From Octopus bimaculoides (Eukaryota), in NCBI RefSeq assembly GCF_001194135.2, contig NC_068997.1:1863577-1903074 (forward strand): a stretch of 39,498 nucleotides of DNA, read 5' to 3'. Positions within the stretch are counted from its first letter, which is position 1, and each line of letters begins with the position of its first letter. Position numbers and translations under genes: made by a program. Of this stretch, positions 12,039 through 24,399 are shown piece after piece. A model generated the notes under the pieces. That model had not been told where the DNA came from. It ran no database searches and was given only the letters and a program-made list of their open reading frames with translations.

Positions 12039-12153
12039 ACTGTCCTTGTATTAAACGGATATCTTCGTTGCACCGAATTGTGCAAGTGATGCATTGGTGC
12101 AGTGAATCGAAGAATTTCCATAGAAATAGGCAGCAGCAGCAACAACAACTCAT
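12039..12153 (-). CDS. Candidate first coding exon MSCCCCCCLFLWKFFDSLHQCITCTIRCNEDIRLIQGQ, unverified
   Basis: ATG in ACCATGA context, in-frame upstream stop, canonical GTAAGT donor at 12038-12033, and a long polypyrimidine tract plus CAG acceptor at 12300-12298. The Cys run derives from a TGT/TGC microsatellite. Confidence 0.3.
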
Positions 12154-12879
12154 GGTGTTAGAAATGCCAGAACAGGTGGAATTGTCAAATTAGAAAGATC
12201 TGTTGCAGATTTTCATGCTTAATGTATCATGTAATTGATTGCAGATGTTATTGTCTAATTACGTTAATTAATTGACACATAAATCTGATGGTTTTCTCTG
12301 CGGATCGAGAGAGAAGAGAGAAAGAGAAAGAGAGGGAGGGAGAAGGTTACTCAGTGAATTCTTAGTTTAGACATCTTCATTTTTCTTCGTCATTTTTAGA
12401 CTCAAGACAGACTGTATGTCACTCGAAATAAAAAAAATAAAAAACAACTTACATAACGTTTTTAATTAAACTATTTCTCTCAGATCTTTATTATATTTAG
12501 AAGGAAGTCAATCACCATTGTTTCGATATGTTCTATCTGTGTGTGTTTCTCTCTTTTTTACCATCTGTCTGACCAATTATTTCTTTCATTGGAGTTTGCT
12601 TTCATTGATTGCGAGAAGAATGGCTTTATGATATGTGCGACAGTTTCTGTAAAAATTGTTGATGTTCCTATTATTGTAATAACTGTTGTTGTTGCTGTTG
12701 TTAATGTTAACGTAGTTACTGTTATTTTTGTTCTTGTTGCTATTATAATGTCGTCGTTCTTAATTTGGCAGTTTGTATGTGATACTATGAAATATATATT
12801 TACAATATTTAAATACAGGCACAGGTATAGCTGTGTGGTAACAAGTTTGCTTTCCAACTACATGATCCCTTACTCAAGT

Positions 12880-13215
12880 GTCTTTCAATGTACGCTTGGG
12901 CCGACCAAACCCTAGTGAGTGGATTTAGTTGACGGAAACTGAAAGAAGCCTGTCATGTGTGTGTATGTATATACATAAATGTGTGTGTGCGTTTGTGTGT
13001 GTGTGTGTACCTTTGTTAATTACCAACCATCGCTTAACAATTGGTGTTGGTTTATATACATCCCTGTGGCCTAGCAGCTCGGCTTAAGAGACCATTAGTA
13101 TAACTACCAGGTTTGAGAGAAAAGTAAGTACGAGGTCGATTCGTTTGACTAAAACTATCAAAGCCGGTGCACCAGCATGGCCGCAGTCCAACGAATTGAA
13201 ACAAGTAAAGGATAA
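12880..13215 (+). mobile_element. SINE (family B), 5'-truncated
   Basis: Homologous to 8715-9062 and 20195-20680; internal TA/TG microsatellite at about 12955-13008. Confidence 0.8.
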
Positions 13216-13406
13216 AAATAAATCTAATAATTTCATGTCTACATTTTTGGTAATTGTTTATATTAATTATTTGATTTGTGGCTAATTAATGTGGCACAGT
13301 GATCAAAGAAGATAGAAGAACCGGACGAAATATCTCCGGTATTGAGTTTCAGATAGAATCTGGAATCTGCGAAATTTTTTGATGGTCTTGGCTGTCTGTG
13401 ATAGTG

Positions 13407-13583
13407 AATCCACACGAGTACTCGAGCAGAAGGGTTAGAAGAGTCGGCAAAAGGATTCGGGCAGAAGAATACACGGTTGTACTCGGATAGAAGAATCCAC
13501 AGTAGTACTTGAGCAGAAGATTCCACGGGAGAACTGAGACGGAAGAGTCCATGGGAGTAGTTGGGCGAAAGAGTCTGTCGACT
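13407..13583. repeat. Degenerate 26-bp minisatellite (about 5.5 units)
   Basis: Units AATCCACACGAGTACTCGAGCAGAAG (13407), AATACACGGTTGTACTCGGATAGAAG (13468), AATCCACAGTAGTACTTGAGCAGAAG (13494), ATTCCACGGGAGAACTGAGACGGAAG (13520), AGTCCATGGGAGTAGTTGGGCGAAAG (13546). Confidence 0.85.
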
Positions 13584-13989
13584 CACAATACAAACACAAT
13601 CATACACATAAATGCACAGACAGACACACGCATAAACACACTAACAAACATACACACACGCACACAGAATCAAGTATACACAAACACGCATACACTGTGT
13701 ATGCCTATGCATGTGTGTGTTCGCTCACGTGCGTCTACGTAGGTTCCGTCTGCGCGCTTGCGCGTGCATTTGTAGACAGATGTAAGTGCGATTTAGTCAC
13801 AGCATGTCCAGGACAAGTTATATTGCCCTCGTTAACCAAAATAAATAAATGTCTTTCTAATTATATCTGTCTCTTGCGTAATGAAGAATTAATCGTAACA
13901 TCTGTAAAATTCTATAACATTTACATTTAGACTGCAGATTGTACGGATACACTCCCACCTGCTAATTATGTGCGCGTGTGCGGAAAGTA

Positions 13990-14018
13990 TTCAAGTAATC
14001 ACACATGTGTATAAACAC

Positions 14019-14056
<38 letters not shown>

Positions 14057-14345
14057 GCATACACACATATATACACACACCACACATATATACATACACA
14101 TATTCATACACACACACATATATATATATATACACATATATACACACACATAGACACATATCTACATACATATATACAGACACATACACATATATCTACA
14201 TATGTATATATGCGCATAAATACATATATACACACGCACATGTATACATACACACACACAAATACTCTCTCACACACACACACATATATACACACACATA
14301 TACACACACACATATATATAAACACACATACAGTCACGTTATGCA
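13990..14345. repeat. TA/CA low-complexity dinucleotide tract
   Basis: Direct reading; source of several spurious ORFs. Confidence 0.9.
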
Positions 14346-15323
14346 CACAAAAATATGAACACATACATGTGTGTGCCTGCTCATAGTATTCGAGTAGTCA
14401 CAAATGAGCACACACATGCCTATGACAAGCCCATAGCGTATGTACGCATGGACGCATGGACGCAGTTCGTGTATAAGTTGTATCTGTGTATTTATATGTT
14501 ACACACACGCACACATATATACATAATATTTATAAAGTCCTACCTTAATCAGATCAGCGTTAATGTAAAACTACCTGACGTATTTAATTAACAAAAAGAG
14601 AACTTTACTGTAGGGGTAGAAATGGTAGGTGGAACGTAATGAAATATATGTAAACACGTCTAAAATCTTAATTGATATTTGCAAATTAATATCTTCACCA
14701 TGTGATTTTTTTTTGTTTGTTTTTGACAATTCAGAAAATAAATATTAAATAAAACCATGGGTAGATTTACTTGCGAAAGACAGCTGTTCCACATACAGAC
14801 AATATCTAACACTGGTTGTTAATCCGTATTATAAATAGTTTACGCTTTTCTTCCGACGTTGTTGTTTGAGCCAGGGCAGCCATAATCCAGCAATTCAAGG
14901 ATCAATATATTTAAACCGTACCTGTTCGTTTTTATATTTAAAAAAATCTTCAGCTAAAATATGGAATTCTTTTGGCTACTATTCTATCTAATTGAGCTGT
15001 CACATAGCGGCTCTCTCCTCAATAACCTGTGCATGACAAGTAATCAGGGGGAGACCTCCTCATTCGTTAGAGCCTTGAGCCTCGACTTACCGCTGGCTAA
15101 GAAATCGAGTATTGGAAGGGTTGGCTGCAAAAACTATTTGAAAAAAATGCAAGTTCTCATTATGAACATACATAACTTTACTACATCTAAGTCGAAAATA
15201 TTCTTCGGGGGAAGATGAACAGCACTAAAGTAAATACAATCCTTTATTTTGAAAAAGAAAAAAATGAGAAATATAACCAACATAAAAAAAAAGTGTTGAA
15301 GTTCAGAAATTGCCTATAGGCAA

Positions 15324-15324
<1 letters not shown>

Positions 15325-15413
<89 letters not shown>
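15325..15413. repeat. (AAT)n microsatellite
   Basis: Perfect AAT array. Confidence 0.95.
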
Positions 15414-15414
<1 letters not shown>

Positions 15415-16484
15415 TGAGTGGTTTCTTTCACTACCACAGCAATGAGCCCAAAGTGCGGGATTAGGTAAGATACATGCAACAACCTTGTCTCAAACACTTG
15501 GACAATATAAAATAAGAAGTATTTAATACTGGTGGAAGTCGTTAGCCATAGTCCGGGCTAAACCGCTACATAAAGTAACAACCTGATTGATGAACAATTG
15601 GCCAGCATGAACAGGTAAATCTACAATCAGCTTAAATGGCAAAAACATATTGAGGTCTTTCATCCAGGTTGACAACGGAAAAACGGAGAATAACAAAAAG
15701 GAATACAAACGAGACATTGACTTAATGTGATTGACCCACCACATTGGCCAATTGTAAAGTCACGTGGACTGACGGATTTTATAGTATTTCAGTTTGCTGC
15801 ATTTTTAAATATCAATTACATTTTCACCACAATGGATGGCAAAGTCGGCTGAGCAAAGAGAAAATGCTTGGAAGTATTTAGTTGCATGTTTCCCGGTTCC
15901 TAATTCGTGCCTCACTTGATTGATTGCCATTTAGTCACTTACCAAAACACCAACCTTTGGCCACAGATGTCCTCTCTCAACAACACCCACGGATGTATGA
16001 TCCACAGATATCCTGTTTCACTTTTATCATCACACACCGACAGCTGTCTTTCTCCATCGTTGTCAATCTCTGTCCCTCGATTTGAGAAGCCATATTGTTT
16101 CTTTACAGATGTGCAACTTTGCAATTAAAAATTCAAAGGTTTGCCAGTTGGAGCGAATATTTTATAAAACCAACTAGCTTCAGATGATACTGAGTGGCTT
16201 ACTAACCAAACCATACAGTACAAACGAAAATAACGTTCTTCAAAAGTAAAATTCAATAGTACTTCAGGAGCTTCAATGAAACTTCCTTCCTCTGCAAACA
16301 TGATAATTCTGTTATAGGCTCAAGGCTTGAAATTTTGGGGAAGGATGCTAGTCGATTACACCGACAACAATGATCAACTGGTAATTTTTTATTGATCCCG
16401 AAAGGAAAGAAGGCAAGAGTAATCTCAGTGGAATTTGAAAACAGAACATGATGAGCCGGAATAAATGCTGCCTTACTAATAATA

Positions 16485-16705
16485 ATAATTCTTTGTACTA
16501 TAGGCACTTGGCATGAAAATTTGCGGCAGGGGGCCAGTTGATTACATCAAACCCATGATTAAATGGGAATTATTTTATCAGCCCTGAAAGGATAGAAGGC
16601 AGAGTCTACTGCAGCTTGATATGAACTCAAAAATTGCCGAAGCAAATACAAGATATTATTTCGCCCGATATTTTAATGCTTACGCAGCTTATCAATACCA
16701 CCGCC
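16485..16705 (-). mobile_element. SINE (family A), diverged
   Basis: Colinear similarity to 5168-5381 (CCCTGAAAGGAT.GAAGGCA.AGTC, TGAACTCA, ATTTCGCCCG). Confidence 0.6.
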
Positions 16706-17534
16706 TGCACCATGACCATTACGATGGCGACGATAACGATTTCTTGCGTTCTGAAGGTGAAGAACAATCGATTAATGACGACTCTGCATAGAATAGGAAT
16801 CTTAAATATTGATCCCTGGGAGGATGAAAGCATGAGTACGCAGTGGCGTGATTTGAACCCAGAATATACATGAATACAATGAAAGAGGAATATCGAAAAT
16901 ATAGGAATTTTGATGGAGAATTAATGAAAATAAAGCGATACGACACCAGTAAATGTCAAAATAGAAAAAAAAAGGAGTTACAGCAACAGGAAGAACAACA
17001 ATAAAAGTAATTTAAGAGAAATATTAATAAAAGGATGGCAGCCTTATAGAAACGATGTAAACATAAATATTTGTTCATGAAATGTTGATGGAAATATAAT
17101 TTAGAAGCAATATGTTCTGAGATGTTTGTATGGTGGATAGTGTTGTGATTTTGGTGAAAGAAACTGAAAGATTTGACAAATTCCAACCAAAGTGGCATAA
17201 AAGGAAGGGAAATGTTAAATATTGACTGACAAATATATAAATCATACACGAATTACTGCAAACATTGGTCATAAACAAAACTAATGTATATTGATACAAA
17301 TGTATACATAAATGTGTCTGTATGTAAGTATTTTGTGTACTTGAGATGGGAAGTGTATAAAGGTTACACATACAACCACTCTTCTCCAATTATGTTCATC
17401 AATAAAATAGTGTTTAGCTGTATATTTTTCTACTTATGACCTTGAGAGAAATATGTTATGTTACTACATCCAGTTCCTTTTCAGATAAAATCCTCCTCCT
17501 CCTCCTCATCATCATTTCTGCCCATTCTTTATAT

Positions 17535-17665
17535 TAAGCGTTCAAATTCCGCCGAGGACAACTTTGCCTTCATATTTAAAGGGTCAATAAAATAAAGTAC
17601 TAGTCTAATGCGGGGCTTGATTAACCTTCTCTCCCTGAAAACAGCTTACCTTGTGCCAAAATTTG
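17535..17665 (+). mobile_element. SINE (family A), partial
   Basis: B-box GTTCAAATTCCGCCGAGG followed by the family A body ACTTTGCCTTCAT...GGGTCAATAAAATAAAGTAC. Confidence 0.65.
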
Positions 17666-18634
17666 ATGCAATTATTTTCAAAGCTGCAAGATGGCTGCAT
17701 CGTTACAAGTGCTAGAGAAATGCTTGCGTCGTTTTAGGTTCGTATTTCTCCCCATGTTAAAACTGCGGGATTATTTACGTTGTGGACCAATCTACATGAA
17801 ATAAGACACATTAAACAATATTAACCTAAATATGTGACACTTGAAATCAAATTCGATATCACCATTTCGAAAATGTGAGCTGAGTAAATACAGTCATGAA
17901 TGAAATGCCTAGAGGGTGACCCTACTTCCACCGGTCCTTTTGTGACCACCCAGTAAACTTGATAAGCCGAAAAAGTTGAAGTAATGAGCTTAAGAAGTTC
18001 ACAACAACAGTAAATAATTGGGTCTATCCACTTTGCGTTGAAGCAAAAATGATTCTGAACTCAAATTCAAGAATATCTTTTGTCAAAGTACGAGAAAATG
18101 GAAATTCAAAACTATATTATTATAATTCTATAGCAACCCAGCTACAAAATTATTTGAAATCAATTTGCAGATTACGAAACGCTTCTGGCAGTTCAGCAAT
18201 AAATTTGTCACGGGGAGGAAATTCTAGTAAACGATAAGCAAACATATAATAGAGGACGATAGGAAAGCTAAAATATAGCTCGTTGCCGGTACATTTTGAT
18301 TTTACTTTATCGTTTCTAAACTTCATTTACATACCAAAGATAATTACCTGGAAACTAAGCGATACTTAATAAACCATATTCTTTGTATAGTCTAATTGAT
18401 AATGAAAAAAAATAGTTTCTTCTACCAACAAATGGCAGAGTGGATTAAATTTTGCTATCTATACAGATAAATGAAATTTATTGACGCGTAATTTGATGCG
18501 AAGATTTTTCTGCCGTTGATAGATCGACTGAAGAAAGGAAATTATTGGGAGGTAAACTTACTTATTGATCTGAGAGTCAGAGAGTTCATATCTGGTTCAT
18601 AGCCTTCGCATTCAGAGCAAGAGAAATATGACGT

Positions 18635-18679
<45 letters not shown>

Positions 18680-18751
18680 TATATATTGATAGAAATGGTA
18701 AGACAACAAAAGAATGAAAGAGACCTCGATATTATGTAAAGAGAGGAATTC

Positions 18752-18891
18752 ATCTGTAAATACAATATGTAACAATTATTCGGTAGTCATAATAAAACTC
18801 CGAGATGGCGGCGTGGGTTTCCGCCCTGACATCCGAAACTCGGTGTTTTATCATAGCTACCGAATTATTGTCACATATTATATTTACAGAT
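18752..18891. repeat. 140-bp fold-back with 53-nt imperfect inverted arms (MITE-like or structured RNA)
   Basis: Left arm 18752-18804 ATCTGTAAATACAATATGTAACAATTATTCGGTAGTCATAATAAAACTCCGAG pairs with right arm 18839-18891; inner GGCGG/CCGCC stem. Confidence 0.85.
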
Positions 18892-18910
18892 ATATATATA
18901 TATATATATA

Positions 18911-19070
18911 ATTTCAAAAAAACAACAAAGTGAGGACGTAATGCGGATAGTGTTATTGGACGCTCAGGAAAGGAAAGAGAGAGTGTATGACGTTTCGGGC
19001 GTAGCCCTTCGTCGGAAAGATGGAAAGTTCGGAGAATGGAAGAACGGAGAAAGAGGAAAATGTGCGTGTG
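18911..19070 (-). mobile_element. Probable terminal relic of a Penelope-like element with a degenerate hammerhead motif
   Basis: Minus strand reads CCGACGA-A-GGGC-TAC-GCCC-GAAA-CGTC at 19015-18989; no coding sequence attached. Confidence 0.4.
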
Positions 19071-20194
19071 CGAATATATATATATATCATATTTAATTTT
19101 CATTGAAAACTTGTTCACTGTTCTCGGTTCTGTTAACGGCTAGGCGTTCAGACAAGTATACAGGCATTGATGTAGCAACATTTGAAATCTGCCTGAAGGA
19201 GACTAATAAAATTTGCGATTAGAAACGTATTTGAAAAGTCCGAAACCTAGGTACTCGATTATCCGATTCTAGGATGTCCATTTACCGAATGTTCTTCCGA
19301 GACGTAAGACGAAATTGTTTTATGCTCGCTGCCCTCACACGTTTTTGCCAGTATATACACAGTCAAGCTTTACTATAGCGTCGTAAATTTATTGACTGCT
19401 AGTTCCAGTAAACATTGGTGCTTTGTTGTACCATTATATATAAGTCTCTATAAACACTATAATTTTGTATTTGAATTAAGTGCAAAGTGACTGAGTATTT
19501 TACGTGGAAGACCCTCTCTGCACCATAGCTAATGAACGAGTTAAATCATCTACTTGACGGTTAGCTAAACACTTTTTGTCTATTCACTTAGTCACATGAT
19601 TGGAGTCGGCCTCAGGTTCTGGTAAAAGGAGCATTTACCCAAGATACCAAGCAGTAAGATCGAATTCGAATCCTGTGATAGTGAAGCAAACTTTTTAGCC
19701 CGGTCGGCCATGCTAGACTTATGTCAGAAGTAGAGAGTGGCAAGAAAGTAAAGAAAAAGAAGGGAAATAACAAGGACACTACAACCAGTCCTGATCAGCC
19801 TAGCTTTCCACGCAGCCTTTGCGGTCCCCAATCGGGCTCGTTGGGCATCAGTAAGCTTGCAATAGACGTGGACATTCCCCTTCGAAAATCTTTGTTCGTG
19901 AAGCCGTTTCGTGCACCGGATAATGAATGAAGTCGACTAACGAATGCAGGGATGATATAACTATCGCCCCAGTGTCTAAAGGCATTTGCTATGTGTTTTC
20001 TATGGATTAATTTTACTTTTCAATCGGTTATATTTCTATCATTTAGGTATTAGCCATTAGTCATCCGAACCCACTTCTTTCATTTTAATTATTTCTAGCT
20101 AACCACTTGGCACAGTTATTCCTTCAAATTTTGAAAATGTTCTCGGTTTCCGTAAGTGTGCCTTTAACAACTTTGTCGGTTATGCGCAAATTTA

Positions 20195-20311
20195 ATCCGG
20201 GTTCAGGCCCACTGCGTGGCACTTTGGGCAAGTGTCTTCTACTGTAGCCTCGGGCCGACCAAAGCCTTGTGAGTGGATTTGGTAGACGGAAAGTGAAAGA
20301 CGCCCGTCGTA

Positions 20312-20344
<33 letters not shown>

Positions 20345-20399
20345 NNNNNNNNNNNNNNNNNNNNNNNNNNNNNNNNNNNNNNNNNNNNNNNNNNNNNNN

Positions 20400-20446
<47 letters not shown>

Positions 20447-20680
20447 GTGTGTGTGTGTGTGTATATGTTTGTGTGTCTGTGTTTGTCCCCACAACATTGC
20501 TTGACAACTGTTGCTGGTGTGTTTACGTCCCCATAACTTACCAGTTCGGCAAAAGAGACCGATAGAATAAGTACTAGGCTTACAAAGAATAAGTCCTGGG
20601 GTCGATTTGCACGACTAAAGGCGATGCTCCAGCATGGCCACATTCAAATGACTGAAACAAGTAAAAGAGTAAAAGAATAA
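20195..20680 (+). mobile_element. SINE (family B) with expanded internal microsatellite and N-gap
   Basis: B-box-like GGGTTCAGGCCC, body homologous to 8715-9062, internal (TA)n-gap-(GT)n, tail GACTGAAACAAGTAAAAGA. Confidence 0.85.
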
Positions 20681-21039
20681 ACTGTGCCGTTGAACCCTTT
20701 ATTATCTCAGCAGTTTTCAACTTTCACCTGGAGTTCCAAATTGTTAAACTGATGTTTTATAAAGATAACCTCTATGAACCGAGGACTCTCGTGGCAACAG
20801 CCTTTCTCCTTGGTAATGTTTTATACAAATGGGAGAAAAAACATGAAAATATGTTGTTTCTTTTTCTGCATGAGAACATATGCGTGATGATATTGGAACT
20901 AAGAGGATGTAATGTCTATTTTAAGCAACAGATCAAATATCAATTAACACTTGATATATTTCAATGTTTCCTAGAATTTTAGCTTGTCCGTATCGTCACA
21001 CTATTTTCGTTATTGAAGCGTTTGAACAATTGATGACTT

Positions 21040-21400
21040 GATACTCTGAGGCTGGCAAAAGGTCAAACTCACAATCTTAAATTCAATGTTTGTGTCTGTT
21101 CTCACCTACACTCATGAATGCTTGGTAACGGTCGAAAGAGTACGATTACAACTTGAAGTGGCTGAAATGATGTTCCTCTGAACGGTCACCGAAGTAATGC
21201 TGCTCAACAGACTTTTTAACTTGGAGATAAGACATTCTCATCGGGTTGAGTCGCTGCTTCGCTATGTTGAGAGATCACAAGCCCGGTACTACGAACATGT
21301 GATGAGAATGTCTCAAGACAGATTCACAAGACAGATTTTAAAGCCGAGTGAACGAGCAGGAGAACTAGGGTTTGACCAAGAACGAGATGGTTAGAAAGCA
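21040..21400 (+). mobile_element. RTE-clade LINE relic, C-terminus of ORF
   Basis: Translates as KVKLTILNSMFVSVLTYTHECLVTVERVRLQLEVAEMMFL*...VESLLRYVERSQARYYEHVMRMSQDRFTRQIL...RTRW, the post-RT motif pattern of RTE elements, with stops and frameshifts. Confidence 0.75.
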
Positions 21401-21479
21401 ATGATGGCTGCTTCTTGCAAAAGAGTTCACCAGCCCATTAAAAAATATGTATACGTATGCTAGTGCTAGTATGTGTATG

Positions 21480-21778
21480 AGGGTGAAGGCCCGTGGCTTT
21501 GTGGTTAGGTTATTTGGCTCAAGATCGTAAGGTCGGGTGTTCGATTTCTGGCGGCTCTTTGTGTCTTTGAGAAAGATACTTTACTTCACGTTACTCCAGT
21601 CCACTCAGCTGGTAAAAATGAGTTGTACCTGTATTCTAAGGAGCCAGCCATGTCACACTATGTGCGACGCTGAATCTCCCTAAAAAATACGTTAAGGATA
21701 CGCGTGTTCAGCCACTTGCATGTTAATTTTACGTTCTAGCTGTTCTGGAGCCCTCGTCGTCGTAACCGAGAGTGCTAG
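21480..21778 (+). mobile_element. tRNA-derived SINE (family C)
   Basis: Colinear with 8322-8630 (GTGGCTTTGTGGTTAGG, GTTCGATTTC, TTCACGTTACTCCAGTCCACTCAGCTGG, CTCAGCCACTTGCA-like, GTCGTAACCGA). Confidence 0.8.
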
Positions 21779-24037
21779 CTTAAAAAATGTGTATGAACGC
21801 GTGCTTAGATATATATATCTTTGTTTTAACTATGTAAATTACCTTAGGCCTAAATGATCTAATCTTTTTGTATATATCATAGTCTTATTATGAATGTAGT
21901 TAAGGTAAAACAATATTTGTGCCGACGACGCATATTAAGGCAGAAACATTTATTCAGCTGTTCTCTTTTCGTCCAAAGACAAAGATCGTAATCGTCAATC
22001 GTTTTGTTGTTATTCCTTGAGATTATCTTAGTTTTAGTCGGTTAAAATTGCCGCTTGGGTGCTTGTTTAACTTCCCTCGAAACAAAGATAATTTCAATAA
22101 ATCAAGATCTTATTTTGCGTGGTATTTGATATACATTTCCTCATTTATGTTGTCTATTTCTTTGAGAAAACACATACACTTTCGCACACATATAACTCTT
22201 GACAATAATTGCATATCTATATATCTGTCATCCTCCTTCCTTGCGCGTGCACATGTCCGTGTATATCTGCGCATATAATTCCTTATTCAACCTGTTAATA
22301 TATGCAAAATGTACTATGTTCAGTTGTGATGACGGTATACAACCCATTGACCTTCAGTAATATCTAAATCACCCGCAAGAAAAAAATAATTGAATTGAGA
22401 TAAACAAATTTCAATCGGAATGACGTTCTTTACAAAGCCTAAACATTCGACTGACGAGATATTGCTGACCTCTACCTCTTACTAATAAACTGGTATTTTT
22501 CTCTCGTATTTCGTGGTAATGTCACGCATTCCAGTAATTTTGTTTTATGATTTGAACCCTGGGACAATTTTTACCCATAATATCGTACGTGAATTCGTAA
22601 ATGACAATAAAATAAGGAAATTGTATTTTATCCAGCTTTCCCTTAAATGCCTTTATATTTCCCTCTCTTGCTACGTTTCATTCAAAACACGCCCAAACAC
22701 ACAAGTTTGGTTGCAAAAACTAGATAAATATTATTCAATAGATTTAAAATAGATATTTTCATTCTCAAGAAATTAATGATTTATGTACATCACTATTCGG
22801 TATCTCGCCACGTGATTCTTGAAGCAACAATAGTGTACAATACCAATACATTCACGTACACACATTTATATACTCATATACTTAAGGGATATTTTTGTTT
22901 GCGTTCTGTATAAACCAATCCTCTAAAGACACGAAATACTTGAGAAACTTCGAAGTTACTGTCACTAAAATTATGAAAATATATTACATACATCATACAT
23001 TCATTTCAAGGTAGACAGAGATTTAGAAGAGGTTGTTTTCACTATGTTATGAAAAAGGAAACACAAATATAAGAACAAGAGTAAAATAAAAATTATAATA
23101 AAAATATAATATTGAGTAATGAATTGAAGATTAGATGGTATTAGATTTGTGGTAATTATGATAGAAAAATATATCTGAGACGAATGTCGATAAATATATA
23201 AACACAGGCCAATATCCATTATATGTACACATATGTGTGTGCGTATTTTTGTGTGTAATACACTTCAAATTGGATGTTATTGAAAAATAATTCCTTGCGA
23301 GTGAAGAGAAGCCAACATTATATTTGTATGGTTATTATAACCCGATTGCATCCATGGTTTTTGTTATGGAGAATATATTCCTTTATCTCTGAAGAAAGAA
23401 GGGTTGTATCTTGAGAAACGGGGCAGTTCGATAGAATGCAATGGAAGGAATAGTAAAGGAGAAATGTGAAAAACCATTGATTATCGTGTCCAGAGTGTTG
23501 TTAGTAATGGTAATGTTGTTAGGCGCAAGAAAGGTGTTTAAAAATGAATAGGATCATAGGATCAAACAGTGATGACGGTTAGGGGATGACAAAAATGGCG
23601 AGAAAAGAAGAAACAGTAGGGGTTAAATAGGTCAGCTTTATCTTCATTTTGACTGGAAATAATGGACGGCAATGGATGGTGAAAGACATCAATAGAAGCA
23701 CACAAATAGGTATTGGCATACATTTCTTACGATTGGTTCCAGTGGATGAAGTCAGTCTCTATACCCACTTTCTTCCTTGCATGTGTTGTTAACATGGAAA
23801 GGGAAACCTCTAACGACACTCAAGAAGGCCCAGTTGATGCCAATAAACAGGCTAACAAGATTTACTCGAGCGATTTACTTTTTCAATCCAGGAAGTATAA
23901 GTAAAGATTTGGTAGGATTTGAAAGTGGAACGTCAGGTGACGTCATACTGCAATGTATTATGTGACAACCAATTTGTTTGCTGCTAACAAGATATGGCAA
24001 TGATTTCCAAATCTTTGATGCTGTTTTCAAATTTTGG

Positions 24038-24266
24038 TACAAGAGCAGCAATTCTCAGGTAAGGGGAAAAGTCGATTACACCAACTCCAGTGCTCAACTA
24101 GTACTTATTCTATCGATCCCGAACAGATTAGAGACAAAGTCGACCCCGAACAGATTAGAGACAAAGTCGACCACAGCGGAATTTGAACTCAAAGCATGCC
24201 GATGGACGAAATGCCACTAAGAATTTTTCCCAGCGTGCTCACGGTTCAGCCAGATTCCCGCCTTGA
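24038..24266 (-). mobile_element. SINE (family A) with an internal 27-bp tandem duplication
   Basis: Family A motifs; CCCGAACAGATTAGAGACAAAGTCGAC repeated at 24118-24144 and 24145-24171. Confidence 0.75.
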
Positions 24267-24399
24267 AATGTTATTTCCTTAAAGTGGCTCACCACTGATT
24301 CTATTAGAGTTCATATATTTTTGGTCACCATCAAAGTACTGCTCATTTCCAAATCCTAGCCCCCACCACACACACACACACACACACACACATGTATAT

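Noticed and set aside
12541-12915. Hydrophobic 124-aa ORF and its Thr-rich antisense ORF
   Set aside because: Both derive from a degenerate GTT/AAC trinucleotide tract; no recognisable domain or splice structure.
13407-13583. CRISPR-like array
   Set aside because: Units are head-to-tail without unique spacers, the context is eukaryotic and there are no cas genes.
15943-16124. Minus-strand open frames ending at a GTAAGT donor
   Set aside because: No convincing polypyrimidine acceptor and no phase-compatible downstream exon found.
18130-18306. 58-aa minus-strand ORF ending EFPPRDKFIAELPEAFRNLQIDFK with an acceptor-like tract
   Set aside because: Protein-like but unrecognised, and no supported upstream exon; within chance expectation.
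22600-22700. Minus-strand GC box plus TATAAA promoter-like arrangement
   Set aside because: Short motifs are expected by chance in AT-rich DNA and no downstream gene is supported.
23300-23960. Possible Penelope RT-thumb or linker relic on the minus strand
   Set aside because: Only short, weak motif echoes (DFIHWN, KIKLTY); cannot be supported without a profile search.
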